NCBI GenBank assembly: GCA_963717435.1
Contig: OY970332.1
Coordinates: 416,001 to 480,000, forward strand
Length of the DNA: 64,000 nt
Direction: 5' to 3'
Origin: an uncultured bacterium
GTDB lineage: Bacteria; Babelota; Babeliae; Babelales; Babelaceae
The first letter of the stretch is position 1. Each line of letters opens with the position of its first letter. Positions 9,363 to 19,235 of this stretch are shown here, piece after piece. The position numbers and the translations under genes were made by a program. The notes beneath the pieces are model-generated. The model was not told the origin of the DNA and did not search any database. It worked only from the letters and a program-made list of their open reading frames with translations.

Positions 9363-10574
9363 ATGACCAATTATAAATCAAATAAGCCCCAAAAAACTAC
9401 TAGCAGTTTTAATAGAAATAAATCATCAGGGCCACGACGCTTTGGCAGATCAAATCAGCCAAGAAGAGCCGTCAAGAAATTTGACCCTTCTATGTTTATA
9501 AAAAAAGTAGAAGAACAGGTTGCATCTGCGCCCTATATTTCTAAGCATAAATTTTCTGATTTTCCAATCGAAGATCAAATCAAGCAAAATATAATTAATA
9601 AGGGCTATACGACCCCAACGCCAATCCAAGATGAAGCGATCCCATATTTACTAGAAATGCGAGATATTATTGCTACCGCAAATACGGGCACAGGCAAAAC
9701 AGCTGCTTTTTTAATCCCTCTAATTCACAATATTGTCACTAAAAAAACCCACAAGGTGTTAATTATTGCCCCAACAAGAGAGTTGGCCAATCAGATAAAC
9801 GAAGAGCTTAAAAGCTTTAAAACAAAATTGGGCCTTTATTCTACAGTATGTATTGGTGGATCAAGTATTTATTTCCAAGAAAAAGAATTAGCCAAGGGCC
9901 CGCAATTTGTAATCGGGACACCTGGAAGATTAATAGATTTAGAAAGAAATAGAATTATAAATTTTGGTAAATTTGACTCTATTGTTTTAGACGAAGTTGA
10001 TACAATGCTTGATATGGGATTCATAAGAGATATTAAGTATATTATCAATAAATTGCCGGCAAAAAGGCACTCTCTGTTTTTCTCTGCAACCATACCCCAA
10101 ACTCTAAAACCCTTAATGGATTCTTTTTTACGAAATCCAGTATCAGTAAGCGTAAAAACACGTCAATCTGCTGAAAATGTAAATCAAGATATTATAAAAA
10201 TAGAACATAAAAACAAAATAGATGTTTTGCATGACCTTTTGATTAAACCAGACGTTAAAAAAAGTATAATCTTTGTAGCAACTAAAAGATCTGCTGACAA
10301 ACTAGCCAAAGCGCTAAAAGAACGTGGATTTGATGTAGCCGCTATTCATGGCGATAAGACTCAGGCACAAAGAAACAAAGCGCTAGCTGCGTTTAAAGAA
10401 GATAAAGTTAATATTCTTTTGGCAACAGATGTTGTTGCACGTGGAATTGATATCGATGATGTATCTCACGTTATTAATTATGATCTTCCACAAACTCATG
10501 AAGATTATATTCATAGAATTGGAAGAACTGGACGTGCTGGAAAAATTGGCCAAGCAATAACGTTTATTGAGTAA
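9363..10574 (+). CDS. DEAD-box RNA helicase (DEVD variant)
   Basis: Q motif PTPIQ, ANTGTGKT, PTRELA, TPGR, LDEVD, SAT, ARGID and HRIGRTGRAG. Confidence 0.95.
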   Translation: MTNYKSNKPQKTTSSFNRNKSSGPRRFGRSNQPRRAVKKFDPSMFIKKVEEQVASAPYISKHKFSDFPIEDQIKQNIINKGYTTPTPIQDEAIPYLLEMRDIIATANTGTGKTAAFLIPLIHNIVTKKTHKVLIIAPTRELANQINEELKSFKTKLGLYSTVCIGGSSIYFQEKELAKGPQFVIGTPGRLIDLERNRIINFGKFDSIVLDEVDTMLDMGFIRDIKYIINKLPAKRHSLFFSATIPQTLKPLMDSFLRNPVSVSVKTRQSAENVNQDIIKIEHKNKIDVLHDLLIKPDVKKSIIFVATKRSADKLAKALKERGFDVAAIHGDKTQAQRNKALAAFKEDKVNILLATDVVARGIDIDDVSHVINYDLPQTHEDYIHRIGRTGRAGKIGQAITFIE

Positions 10575-10588
10575 AAAGTCTGTAAAAA

Positions 10589-11188
10589 TTAGAGTGCAAA
10601 GTAGCTTTTACCATAAGCTAATTCCAACTCTGTCATTTTATTTTGTGTAAATTCTTGAGCCGTTTTTTCTCTTGCTTCAAAAGTATCTGGTATAAGATTC
10701 AGTCTTACATGTTCTCCTGCAAGACATTTTCCATATTTTAACATTGCATCATAAGCCGCTTGGGGATTTTTAATATACTGCTCTTGTCGGATAGTTAATC
10801 GTTCTTCTTTGGTTAAACATTGAGAAAATACAAACATTCTAGCAGCAACATATTCTCGTATTTTTATTAAAGTATGGGCTATCATTTCTTCGTTATATTT
10901 AAGCGGGACATTAAGCGCGCGGGCTTTTTGGCAAAATCCTGCAACAAATCTTCCTAAAAGTTCTGTTACAGTTTCCATATTATTCACATAAGAACCATCT
11001 TGATTAAAAACATTTTTATCTTCTTCTGACAAATCTTTAAGTCCCCAACTAATTGATGTTTTTGTAATTTCAAACCATTTAAGACAATCCCCCTCTTCTT
11101 GAGTTAAGAGCTTTAAACTTTCTTGATTCATAGAAATTAGGGATGAGAAGCAAACTGATATTAAAAATATTTTTTTTATTATGTTCAT
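10589..11188 (-). CDS. Hypothetical exported protein
   Basis: Likely start MNIIKKIFL after CAGGAA; signal peptide ending LIS-MNQ. Confidence 0.6.
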   Translation of the reverse strand: MNIIKKIFLISVCFSSLISMNQESLKLLTQEEGDCLKWFEITKTSISWGLKDLSEEDKNVFNQDGSYVNNMETVTELLGRFVAGFCQKARALNVPLKYNEEMIAHTLIKIREYVAARMFVFSQCLTKEERLTIRQEQYIKNPQAAYDAMLKYGKCLAGEHVRLNLIPDTFEAREKTAQEFTQNKMTELELAYGKSYFAL

Positions 11189-11319
11189 TTTTGTTTCCTG
11201 TATAAATTTGTAAAATTTTATACACATTAGATAAAAATTATTTTCTCAAGTCAAGATATACTTAATGCTTGCATAATATGAGAAATGGCGCGCTAGAAAA
11301 AAAGTTGTGAGAATACGGC

Positions 11320-11413
11320 AAAAATTTTAAATTATGTTATTATTAATATAATTATTTAATAACTAATAAAAATTAAACATCATGCAAGAATTTCAATCAC
11401 AAGACATAGATCA
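11320..11413 (+). repeat. 94-bp perfect direct repeat, copy 1 (ERF promoter plus first codons)
   Basis: Identical to 11976..12069. Confidence 0.95.
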
Positions 11414-11434
11414 CTTATTAGCGAAATATAATTT

Positions 11435-11929
11435 ATGAAAAAACTTTTCTTAATACTTACTCTTATGTTTTTAAATTGCGCGGCGACGGGTGGGTTTGAT
11501 GCCAAAGTTTGGAGGTCTATTAATTCCCATGATAAATATCAAGAAGAGAGTATAGAAGAACTTAAAGAAGCAATTAGCAACGGGTTTGACATAAACTCTA
11601 ATCTACTTGCTGGGTTTACCGCATTGCATTATGCAGTTCTTAGAGACAAACCTCTTGTTTGTAAGTTTTTAGTTGAAAATGGAGCTAATCCACACATTGA
11701 AAACTGTGATTGTGATACACCTTATGATCTTGCATGCGGAAATGGAAAACAGCAGTTTAGAGGCAAACGCAAAAATTTAATGGATATTTTGATATTAAGT
11801 AAATGCAACGTTTTTCGACCTGGCATGAACAGCAAAAATTATTGGGGCGGGGATGAATCAATTGATGCTCTTAAATCATATAATAGTAGATATAATTTAA
11901 ACCTTGAAATGGGCAAAGTTTTTGAATAA
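11435..11929 (+). CDS. Exported ankyrin-repeat protein
   Basis: GFTALHYAV, LVENGANPHIEN and TPYDLA; signal peptide. Confidence 0.85.
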   Translation: MKKLFLILTLMFLNCAATGGFDAKVWRSINSHDKYQEESIEELKEAISNGFDINSNLLAGFTALHYAVLRDKPLVCKFLVENGANPHIENCDCDTPYDLACGNGKQQFRGKRKNLMDILILSKCNVFRPGMNSKNYWGGDESIDALKSYNSRYNLNLEMGKVFE

Positions 11930-11975
11930 TACTCTGTTTTATCTGCCTTTATTTGTTCTTCTTTAAATCACGATA

Positions 11976-12069
11976 AAAAATTTTAAATTATGTTATTATT
12001 AATATAATTATTTAATAACTAATAAAAATTAAACATCATGCAAGAATTTCAATCACAAGACATAGATCA
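11976..12069 (+). repeat. 94-bp perfect direct repeat, copy 2
   Basis: Identical to 11320..11413; contains TGTTATTAT extended -10-like motif and the ERF start codon. Confidence 0.95.
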
Positions 12070-12649
12070 ACTTACGCTCGCACTAATGGAGCTGCACAAA
12101 GAATTTGGTGTTGTTGTCGGCAAAGATCGCAAGGGACATAAAGGAACCTACGCTTCGTTGCCATTAATTTTAGACTCAATACACAAAATGTGTTCCAAGC
12201 ATGGGCTAATTTTAACTCAAGCATCCCGTATTATTAACGGCCAGCCTGCACTTGAGACAATATTGCGCCATCCAAAAAGCGCACAATGGATCTCCTGCCA
12301 ATCACTTCTTACTCCTAATGCTGAAGTTCAAAGTTGCGATCAAGCCTGGGGTGGTTCAAGCACGTATCATAGGCGCTACGATGCCATGATGTTGCTTGGA
12401 ATATTTTCTGAAGATGATCCGACTGATAACGACGGGGATATAAATAATACAAGAAGTTTAAATTCAAAAACCAATTCTCTTATTAATGCAAAACAACTTG
12501 CGCTCTTAAATGCAAAAATATCTGGCGATAAAAATATTGAAGCCAAAATTCTTACGACACTAAAGATAAATAAACTTGCTGATATTCCATGGAAAGAGTT
12601 TAATAAAGTTTTGCAGTACGTTGAAACTTCAAAACCAAACAATAATTAA
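12038..12649 (+). CDS. ERF-family single-strand annealing protein (phage-derived)
   Basis: YASL, HGL and QAWGGSSTYHRRY...LGIFSEDDPTDNDG ERF signature. Confidence 0.85.
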   Translation: MQEFQSQDIDQLTLALMELHKEFGVVVGKDRKGHKGTYASLPLILDSIHKMCSKHGLILTQASRIINGQPALETILRHPKSAQWISCQSLLTPNAEVQSCDQAWGGSSTYHRRYDAMMLLGIFSEDDPTDNDGDINNTRSLNSKTNSLINAKQLALLNAKISGDKNIEAKILTTLKINKLADIPWKEFNKVLQYVETSKPNNN

Positions 12650-12758
12650 TCAAATTTTAAGCCCATTTGCATGCCGCTTGCCTAATAATAACAAAAGAAG
12701 TAAAATCATCCCGCATTTAGATTTTTGAAATCCAGTTAATTTTAAAAGGGAGAGCTTA

Positions 12759-13724
12759 ATGAAGTCAAAAATATCACTTCTACTAATTTCTACGCTATAT
12801 TATTCAAATTCAAATAGCCTGTTGTCTGAAGAAAATTCACCTAAGCCACAATTATCATTATTAAAGCCTTTAAAGCCAAGAAACATAGACATTATATACG
12901 CATCTTCGTTTTTAAAAGAGGATCAGAATACAGCAACAAACTCGCCTGAGGTGATATCTGCACTAATAAAGTCAAAAGTTGATGACGATAAATATATAGA
13001 ACAAATAAACTCTCTTATGACTTTGTTTTCTTTTGAAAGTGGTAGTAGTAGCAGTAAAGATTTGAATGAACCGGCTAAACCTAAAACAAGTAAACTTTAT
13101 GCGGAACATGTTTTTCCAAATTTAATCGATACTATTTGTAAAACAGAACCACAAAGTTTAATTCTAAAAACTGCCTGGCAGATATTAAACACTATGCCCA
13201 GTTTATATGATACATTTGACGCTAAGGGTGGGATGGAAGGATCTCTTACTAACGGGAAGCAGATAGAAGACTATATAAACTTAATTATAAAAGTTGTTCA
13301 AACAGAATTTCACGAAAAAGCTATGCTCTTACCCAGACTAATTATCAACCTCGGGCCTGAAAAAGATGTTCTTTTAACCAGATTAATTAGAAACTTGGGG
13401 ACCGACGAAGACTTTTTAGATTTGATCGATGAGAAGATTTCAGAACATGAAATTTTCAAGAACCAGATTAAAAATGTAGCAGATGAATATAAACAGCTTG
13501 CAGATCTGTCCGAAGATACTTTTAAACACGATGGGCGCGTGCTAGAAATAGCAGGGCAAATAAATTTAATTCATAAAAAAATAGTAGAATTCAAACATGA
13601 AATAGAAATGGAAAAATTAGAACAAAGACTTAACAAAAAAATCGTGTTAAAAAAGACTTTTGGCGCCTCAAGTTCTACAAAAGAAGAAAAAGAAGAAGTT
13701 GATAGCGCAAAGCAAGAAGACTAG
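12759..13724 (+). CDS. Hypothetical exported helical protein
   Basis: 321-aa ORF, AAGGGAG RBS, signal-like N-terminus, coiled-coil-like C-terminus. Confidence 0.6.
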   Translation: MKSKISLLLISTLYYSNSNSLLSEENSPKPQLSLLKPLKPRNIDIIYASSFLKEDQNTATNSPEVISALIKSKVDDDKYIEQINSLMTLFSFESGSSSSKDLNEPAKPKTSKLYAEHVFPNLIDTICKTEPQSLILKTAWQILNTMPSLYDTFDAKGGMEGSLTNGKQIEDYINLIIKVVQTEFHEKAMLLPRLIINLGPEKDVLLTRLIRNLGTDEDFLDLIDEKISEHEIFKNQIKNVADEYKQLADLSEDTFKHDGRVLEIAGQINLIHKKIVEFKHEIEMEKLEQRLNKKIVLKKTFGASSSTKEEKEEVDSAKQED

Positions 13725-13732
13725 AAAGTAGT

Positions 13733-14110
13733 TTATTTTTTGCTGACCTTTTTGGTTGCCCCAGGCTTTTTGGAACTCGCCGCTTTATTACGTTTTGCAG
13801 CGTCTACAGACTTTTTTATCCACAAATCAAGTTCTTCAGAATTATTTAATATCTCTTCTGGCAGTTCAAAATATGGCAAAGACACTGTTTTGGGGCCAGC
13901 AGAATAGACAAATGGTTTTGAGTCATGCGCAAGATAATCTAGGCGATTTTGATCATCGACGCGAAAATATAGAATATTTTCTGCTATAAGACCAAACATG
14001 ACATCGCCAAAATAAATACCATATCCGCCAAACATAGCACGTGACCTGATCGGCCCATGGGATTCCAGATAAGAGAGAACGTAATCAAGAAACTGTTTTT
14101 TATTTTGCAT
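13733..14110 (-). CDS. TfoX/Sxy N-terminal domain protein
   Basis: RAMFGGYGIY..MFGLIAENILYFRVD..PFVY. Confidence 0.9.
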   Translation of the reverse strand: MQNKKQFLDYVLSYLESHGPIRSRAMFGGYGIYFGDVMFGLIAENILYFRVDDQNRLDYLAHDSKPFVYSAGPKTVSLPYFELPEEILNNSEELDLWIKKSVDAAKRNKAASSKKPGATKKVSKK

Positions 14111-14152
14111 TATTTTACCAGTTATTTGCCTTAAAATTTTTGAAATAAAAAA

Positions 14153-14188
14153 GTGGGTTATAATTTAACAGTTTAAATTATAACCCAC
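14153..14188 (-). terminator. Intrinsic terminator (long stem)
   Basis: GTGGGTTATAATTTAA-CAGT-TTAAATTATAACCCAC with A-run on the left, just downstream of the minus-strand ankyrin gene. Confidence 0.75.
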
Positions 14189-14201
14189 AAATCTTAATTA
14201 C

Positions 14202-15350
14202 TTAATTTCTAGATTTACCAAAAAGCATATTAATTAGCGCTTCTTTCTCATCTGAAGAATTAAAGCGCATCTTCTCGATATAATCAAATGGTGTATATCC
14301 CAAATGATCGGTAATTGATGTATCAAGTTTGCCCGACATTTTTAATGTGGCAATAAAAGTGATCACTTTGCGATTATCAAGAATAAAATCTTTAGACTTA
14401 TCCATATATTCACCAATAGACTGGAAGTTAGATCTGGTCCCTTTGTGATTGCGCAAGACTATATGCAATGGGGTATGTTCAATTTTAAAGCATTGCTTAT
14501 TAACATCTGCGCCATTTTTTATAAGCTCAAGAGCCATGCGCCAATTTGCATTTACAGCTGCATAATGCAGAGGCGTTTCTCCCTCACGATCACCAGCATT
14601 AATCAACTCTGCTTTCTGTGAATCTGTAAGGGCACCAAGAATAGCCTTAAGACAATCTAAATTCTTGCCCCATACCGCACAATGGATAGGGTTGCGCTTT
14701 GATTTATCGGTCAAAAATTCAGCTCCATTTTCAAGCAAAATATTAACCATCTCAAGATTTCCAGCTACAAGAGCTGTATGAAGTGGTGATATTCCTTGGT
14801 TGTTTTGACAGTTAATTTCTGCTTTATGGGCGATTAACTTCTTTGCGCAAAAATTATGAAATTTGAAAATGGACCAATGTAAAGCCGTATCACCTTTTTC
14901 ATCCGCCAAATCAGGATCCGCACCATATTCAAGCAACATTTTTGCTATAGTATCATGTCCATTACCACATGCCCATTGCAACGGGGTTTTTCTATTGTTA
15001 TCACGAACATCAACCGTTGCGTCATTTTTTAGCAAATAATTTACTATATCAAAATAACCGGCGTAAGAAGCCCAATGCAAAGCAGTTGACCCCCTTTTAT
15101 TTCTTACGTCTATATCAACTAACCCAGAAAGTCTTTTTACGCTCTCAAGATCATTTTGGCTTGCAAGGTAAATGAAGTCTGCTTCATTTCTTGATAATAG
15201 AAAGCCTGTCTCACTTGTGATATAAGATTCTTGCTCCATGGCATTTATGCCACCGAAACATGAAAAAATAGTTAAAAATAGCTTATTTAGACTCTTTGAC
15301 ACTGTAACCCCACTAGTTTTTTGATTATTATTTTGGTAGATATTTATCAT
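14202..15350 (-). CDS. Exported multi-ankyrin-repeat protein
   Basis: About 7 repeats (GSTALHWAS, KTPLQWAC, GDTALHWS, GISPLHTA, GETPLHYAA, HTPLHIV); true start may be the internal GTG. Confidence 0.92.
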   Translation of the reverse strand: MINIYQNNNQKTSGVTVSKSLNKLFLTIFSCFGGINAMEQESYITSETGFLLSRNEADFIYLASQNDLESVKRLSGLVDIDVRNKRGSTALHWASYAGYFDIVNYLLKNDATVDVRDNNRKTPLQWACGNGHDTIAKMLLEYGADPDLADEKGDTALHWSIFKFHNFCAKKLIAHKAEINCQNNQGISPLHTALVAGNLEMVNILLENGAEFLTDKSKRNPIHCAVWGKNLDCLKAILGALTDSQKAELINAGDREGETPLHYAAVNANWRMALELIKNGADVNKQCFKIEHTPLHIVLRNHKGTRSNFQSIGEYMDKSKDFILDNRKVITFIATLKMSGKLDTSITDHLGYTPFDYIEKMRFNSSDEKEALINMLFGKSRN

Positions 15351-15554
15351 ACTAAATATTATCTAATTGTCAATAATAAGCAGATATTGCAGGTCCAAAT
15401 GGGATAATCCAGTAGCCCAAACTGGGCTATATGAAACAAAATAAAAATAGTTAATTTAAAATTAATTAGCAGGGGTCTTGTATTTTACGGGACCCTAATC
15501 TTAAACTAATAGTAGTTTTAAATATTTTCGTACAATTAATCAGGGGTAATCTGT

Positions 15555-16313
15555 ATGAATAAACTATTTTTGGTATCTATTATTTTGTTAACTATTCTTA
15601 ATTCACAAACAGCTTCAAAAGTGTCAAAAAAAACAATAATCGTCGGGCATCGTGGTGCAAGCGGGTATGAACCAGAAAATACACTGCGTTCGTTCAAGCG
15701 CGCTATTAAAATGGGCGCACCCATGATAGAACTTGATGTCTTTCAGTGCAAATCTGGCGAGATTGTTGTTATGCATGACGAAACTGTTGATCGCACAACA
15801 AATGGCAAGGGCTATGTTAAAGATTTAAACTGGGGTTATTTAAAAAATCTTGATGCAGGTAGCGGCGAACATGTCCCGTTATTGTCTCAGGTATTTGATT
15901 TGGTTAACAAGAAAGTTACGATAAATATCGAGATTAAAGATCCTGAGGCAACAAAATCTGTTGCAAACTTAATTCGTGAATATATTAAGAATAAAAACTG
16001 GTCGACTGACAACTTTATTGTGACTTCTTTTAATTTAACGGCTCTAAAAGATTTTCATAAATATTGCCCGGAAGTGAAAACCGGCGCATTGTTTGAAGAT
16101 AAATTAAATAATTATATAGAACTAACAAAGCAAATTGGCGCGCAATATTTAGTTTTAGATTATAAGCTGGTTACAAAAAATATAATTAATCAGGCACATG
16201 AGTCCAATTTAAGCGTCTTTGTTTATACTGTTAACGACAAAAAATTGGCAAAAAATCTTGCCCTACTCGGCGTTGATGGGATAATCACAAACTACCCTGA
16301 TATTTTAAGCTAA
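15555..16313 (+). CDS. Glycerophosphodiester phosphodiesterase, exported
   Basis: GHRGASGYEPENT, IELDV, VMHD, NIEIK, YTVN and DGIITNYP. Confidence 0.93.
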   Translation: MNKLFLVSIILLTILNSQTASKVSKKTIIVGHRGASGYEPENTLRSFKRAIKMGAPMIELDVFQCKSGEIVVMHDETVDRTTNGKGYVKDLNWGYLKNLDAGSGEHVPLLSQVFDLVNKKVTINIEIKDPEATKSVANLIREYIKNKNWSTDNFIVTSFNLTALKDFHKYCPEVKTGALFEDKLNNYIELTKQIGAQYLVLDYKLVTKNIINQAHESNLSVFVYTVNDKKLAKNLALLGVDGIITNYPDILS

Positions 16314-16927
16314 GCTTTTTTAAATAATTTTGTAAAAATATAATGGGTCGGAAAGAAAATCAGTAATGGGAAGCAGATAAATAAAGTTACGACCCACATC
16401 GGTTCTGAAATATAGTTCACAGAATAAACTTGGGACCAGAAAACCCAGCTGATATTTTCTTTTGGATCCGTAAAAAAATATATAAAAATCAAACTTGCCC
16501 AATAAAGAGCAGTAAAATAATATATCGCACGTCTGTTGTAGCCGTATTGCATAAGATATAAAACCCAGATAATTGGCGTGAAGACGTGAAATAAAGATAG
16601 CCCGCGAAGAAGAACGGGGTAAGAACAGTCAAACATGTAATCTGAAAGATGAATCAAGTTAACTTTAAAAAATATATCAATAAAATAATCGACGTTCCAA
16701 GCAAGTTCGACTGCCATAACACCAACAGCTGCCATGCTGATTAATAGACCAGAATTGAGCCATAGACCAATTGTAGTTAAAAATAGACCAAAATCAGAGA
16801 GCCACAAGAAATTTTGTGGGCCATAATGGCACCAATAAACTGGAATTAAAACTGCTAGATAAATTACCAAAAACCGTTTTAATATTGACCAAAATAGTTC
16901 TGAGTTAATAAATATTTTTTTAGACAC
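16310..16927 (-). CDS. Integral membrane protein
   Basis: Multiple TM helices; YGPQNFLWLSD and LSLFH. Confidence 0.75.
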   Translation of the reverse strand: MSKKIFINSELFWSILKRFLVIYLAVLIPVYWCHYGPQNFLWLSDFGLFLTTIGLWLNSGLLISMAAVGVMAVELAWNVDYFIDIFFKVNLIHLSDYMFDCSYPVLLRGLSLFHVFTPIIWVLYLMQYGYNRRAIYYFTALYWASLIFIYFFTDPKENISWVFWSQVYSVNYISEPMWVVTLFICFPLLIFFPTHYIFTKLFKKA

Positions 16928-16956
16928 TAGAGATCCCCGATTTTTAAAACAAATTT

Positions 16957-17385
16957 TTAAAACTCTATTTTTTGACTGCGCAGCTTTTTGATCATACCCC
17001 GGTGGGACTTTGATTTCAACCGTGCTTCTTTGACAGATTTTGATATACGCGTGGCCATGCGTTTTTTGGAGACATATAAAGCTTTTTTGAGTTCATCGGC
17101 AAGCTTATCTAATGCAAGTTTTCTATTCTGATCCTGACTTCTTGTAGAACTGTTACTTACAATTAAATCACCATCTGAAGTTAATTTGGCTTGTAGCTTT
17201 TCTAATATTCTCGACTTTTGCTCGTCACTTAAACTATTACTAGATTTTACATTAAACCTAACGGTTATTTTTGAACTTGTTTTGTTAACATGCTGCCCGC
17301 CCGGGCCACCGGATCTACTTGCTGTTATCTCAAGTTCGTGTTCAGGGATTATTATCCCATTTTTTATATGCAAATCTTGTTTCAT
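16957..17385 (-). CDS. arfB: Alternative ribosome-rescue peptidyl-tRNA hydrolase ArfB
   Basis: SRSGGPGGQHVNKT, RSQ.QN, basic C-terminal tail. Confidence 0.93.
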   Translation of the reverse strand: MKQDLHIKNGIIIPEHELEITASRSGGPGGQHVNKTSSKITVRFNVKSSNSLSDEQKSRILEKLQAKLTSDGDLIVSNSSTRSQDQNRKLALDKLADELKKALYVSKKRMATRISKSVKEARLKSKSHRGMIKKLRSQKIEF

Positions 17386-17544
17386 AAACTCTCTTTTATT
17401 TAAAAGTACAAAAACAGGTTAAAGAGAGTTTAATAAATTTTAAACTTAATTTTCACCAGTTTTATTTATTTTTAAAATATTATCTTAAATATGTTATCAT
17501 ACGATACATTGTTTATTATCTTTTTAACGAAAAACAGTGTATTC

Positions 17545-19152
17545 ATGACAAAATTTATTTTCATCACGGGCGGGGTATTATCAGGAATTGGAAAAGGGTT
17601 AAGCGCTGCGTCTATTGGCACGCTTTTGGAAAATATGGGTCATAAAATATCTTTCTTAAAATTGGACCCGTATTTAAATGTCGATCCTGGGACAATGAGC
17701 CCACATGAACATGGCGAAGTGTTTGTAACAGAAGATGGTGCCGAGACTGATTTAGATTTGGGCCATTATGAAAGATTCACGAACGTAAAATTGAAAGATC
17801 ATAATAGCGTTGCCGCAGGAAAGCTTTATGCGCGACTTATTGAGCGGGAACGCAGGGGCGATTTTTTGGGCCATAATATCCAAACGATTCCACATCTTAC
17901 TGATGAAATTAAGCAAACTATTAACAATGCATCAGAAAATAATTCTGGTCGTGTCGATTTTTTAATTGTTGAAATTGGCGGTACTGTTGGGGATATAGAA
18001 ATATTGCCATTTATCGAAGCAATAAGGCAAATGGGGTTGCATCAGGGTAGAAAAGACTGCTTGTATATTCACTTAACATATGTCCCATTTCTTGAGTCAT
18101 CAGGAGATTTAAAAACAAAACCCACTCAGCATTCAGTAAGACATTTATGCTCACTGGGAATTCAGCCAGATATTTTAATTTGCAGATCAAAATATAAATT
18201 ATCGCAAGATATAAAAAAGAAAATTTCACTGTTTACTAACGTCGAAGAAGCATCGATTATATCGGCGCCTGATCTTGGAATAATTTATGAATTGCCGTTG
18301 GTTTTTGCACAAGAGAAACTTCCTGAAACTATAGTTCGAAATTTTAATATTACTTATAAAGAACCCAATCTTGATAGCTGGCAAAATATTGTCGACACTC
18401 TAAAAAATTTAAAACAAGAAGTTAATATTGCAATTGTTGGAAAATATATAGAATTCAAAGACGCGTATAAGAGCTTGTATGAGGCGCTGACGCATGCGCA
18501 GATTCCAACAAAATCAAAAATTAAATTAACGCTTATAGATTCTCAAGATTTAACAGAAGATAATATAAATTTAAAACTTGAAAAAGTTGATGGGATAATA
18601 GTCCCGGGTGGATTTGGAGATCGAGGCATTGAAGGCAAAATTTTTGCTGCACGTTATGCAAGAGAAAATAAAATACCATATTTGGGAATTTGTTTGGGGA
18701 TGCAGGTTGCGGCTATAGAATTTGCAAGAAATGTTTTAAACATGAAAACCGCAAATTCGACTGAGTTTTGCGAAAGTACAGAATATCCAGTTATTGATTT
18801 TATGGAAGAACAAAAAAATATAACAAACAAGGGCGGCACCATGCGACTTGGCGCCCAAATTTGTGGTTTAAAACAAGATAGCAAAGCTTTTAATATTTAC
18901 GAAAATAATAAAATTTCTGAAAGACATCGGCACAGATTTGAGCTTAATTTAAAATTTAAAAACGAATTTGAAAAAAACGGCTTTATGATATCTGGATCGC
19001 ACGAGACAAATAATTTGCCGGAAATAATTGAACTTACGGATCATAAATTTTTTATCGGCTGTCAGTTTCACCCGGAATTACAGAGCAAGCCCTTTGCGCC
19101 ACATAAATTATTTGTAAACTTTGTCCAAGCCGCACTAAAAGAGAAGATTTAG
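17545..19152 (+). CDS. pyrG: CTP synthase
   Basis: MTKFIFITGGVLSGIGKG, KLDPYLNVDPGTMSP, GICLGMQ and QFHPE; start moved to MTKF. Confidence 0.98.
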   Translation: MTKFIFITGGVLSGIGKGLSAASIGTLLENMGHKISFLKLDPYLNVDPGTMSPHEHGEVFVTEDGAETDLDLGHYERFTNVKLKDHNSVAAGKLYARLIERERRGDFLGHNIQTIPHLTDEIKQTINNASENNSGRVDFLIVEIGGTVGDIEILPFIEAIRQMGLHQGRKDCLYIHLTYVPFLESSGDLKTKPTQHSVRHLCSLGIQPDILICRSKYKLSQDIKKKISLFTNVEEASIISAPDLGIIYELPLVFAQEKLPETIVRNFNITYKEPNLDSWQNIVDTLKNLKQEVNIAIVGKYIEFKDAYKSLYEALTHAQIPTKSKIKLTLIDSQDLTEDNINLKLEKVDGIIVPGGFGDRGIEGKIFAARYARENKIPYLGICLGMQVAAIEFARNVLNMKTANSTEFCESTEYPVIDFMEEQKNITNKGGTMRLGAQICGLKQDSKAFNIYENNKISERHRHRFELNLKFKNEFEKNGFMISGSHETNNLPEIIELTDHKFFIGCQFHPELQSKPFAPHKLFVNFVQAALKEKI

Positions 19153-19235
19153 TTAATTTGAAAAAATCCAGAAAATAATGTTAATGTAAATCCTGTATTC
19201 AAAAAAACAATCTAAAAAAGAAAGAGTATATTTTT

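Noticed and set aside
9363-10574. DEVD instead of DEAD in the helicase
   Set aside because: A known tolerated motif II variant; all other motifs are intact
15410-15500. Two hairpins between the divergent ankyrin and GDPD genes as a riboswitch
   Set aside because: No recognisable aptamer consensus; simple stems only
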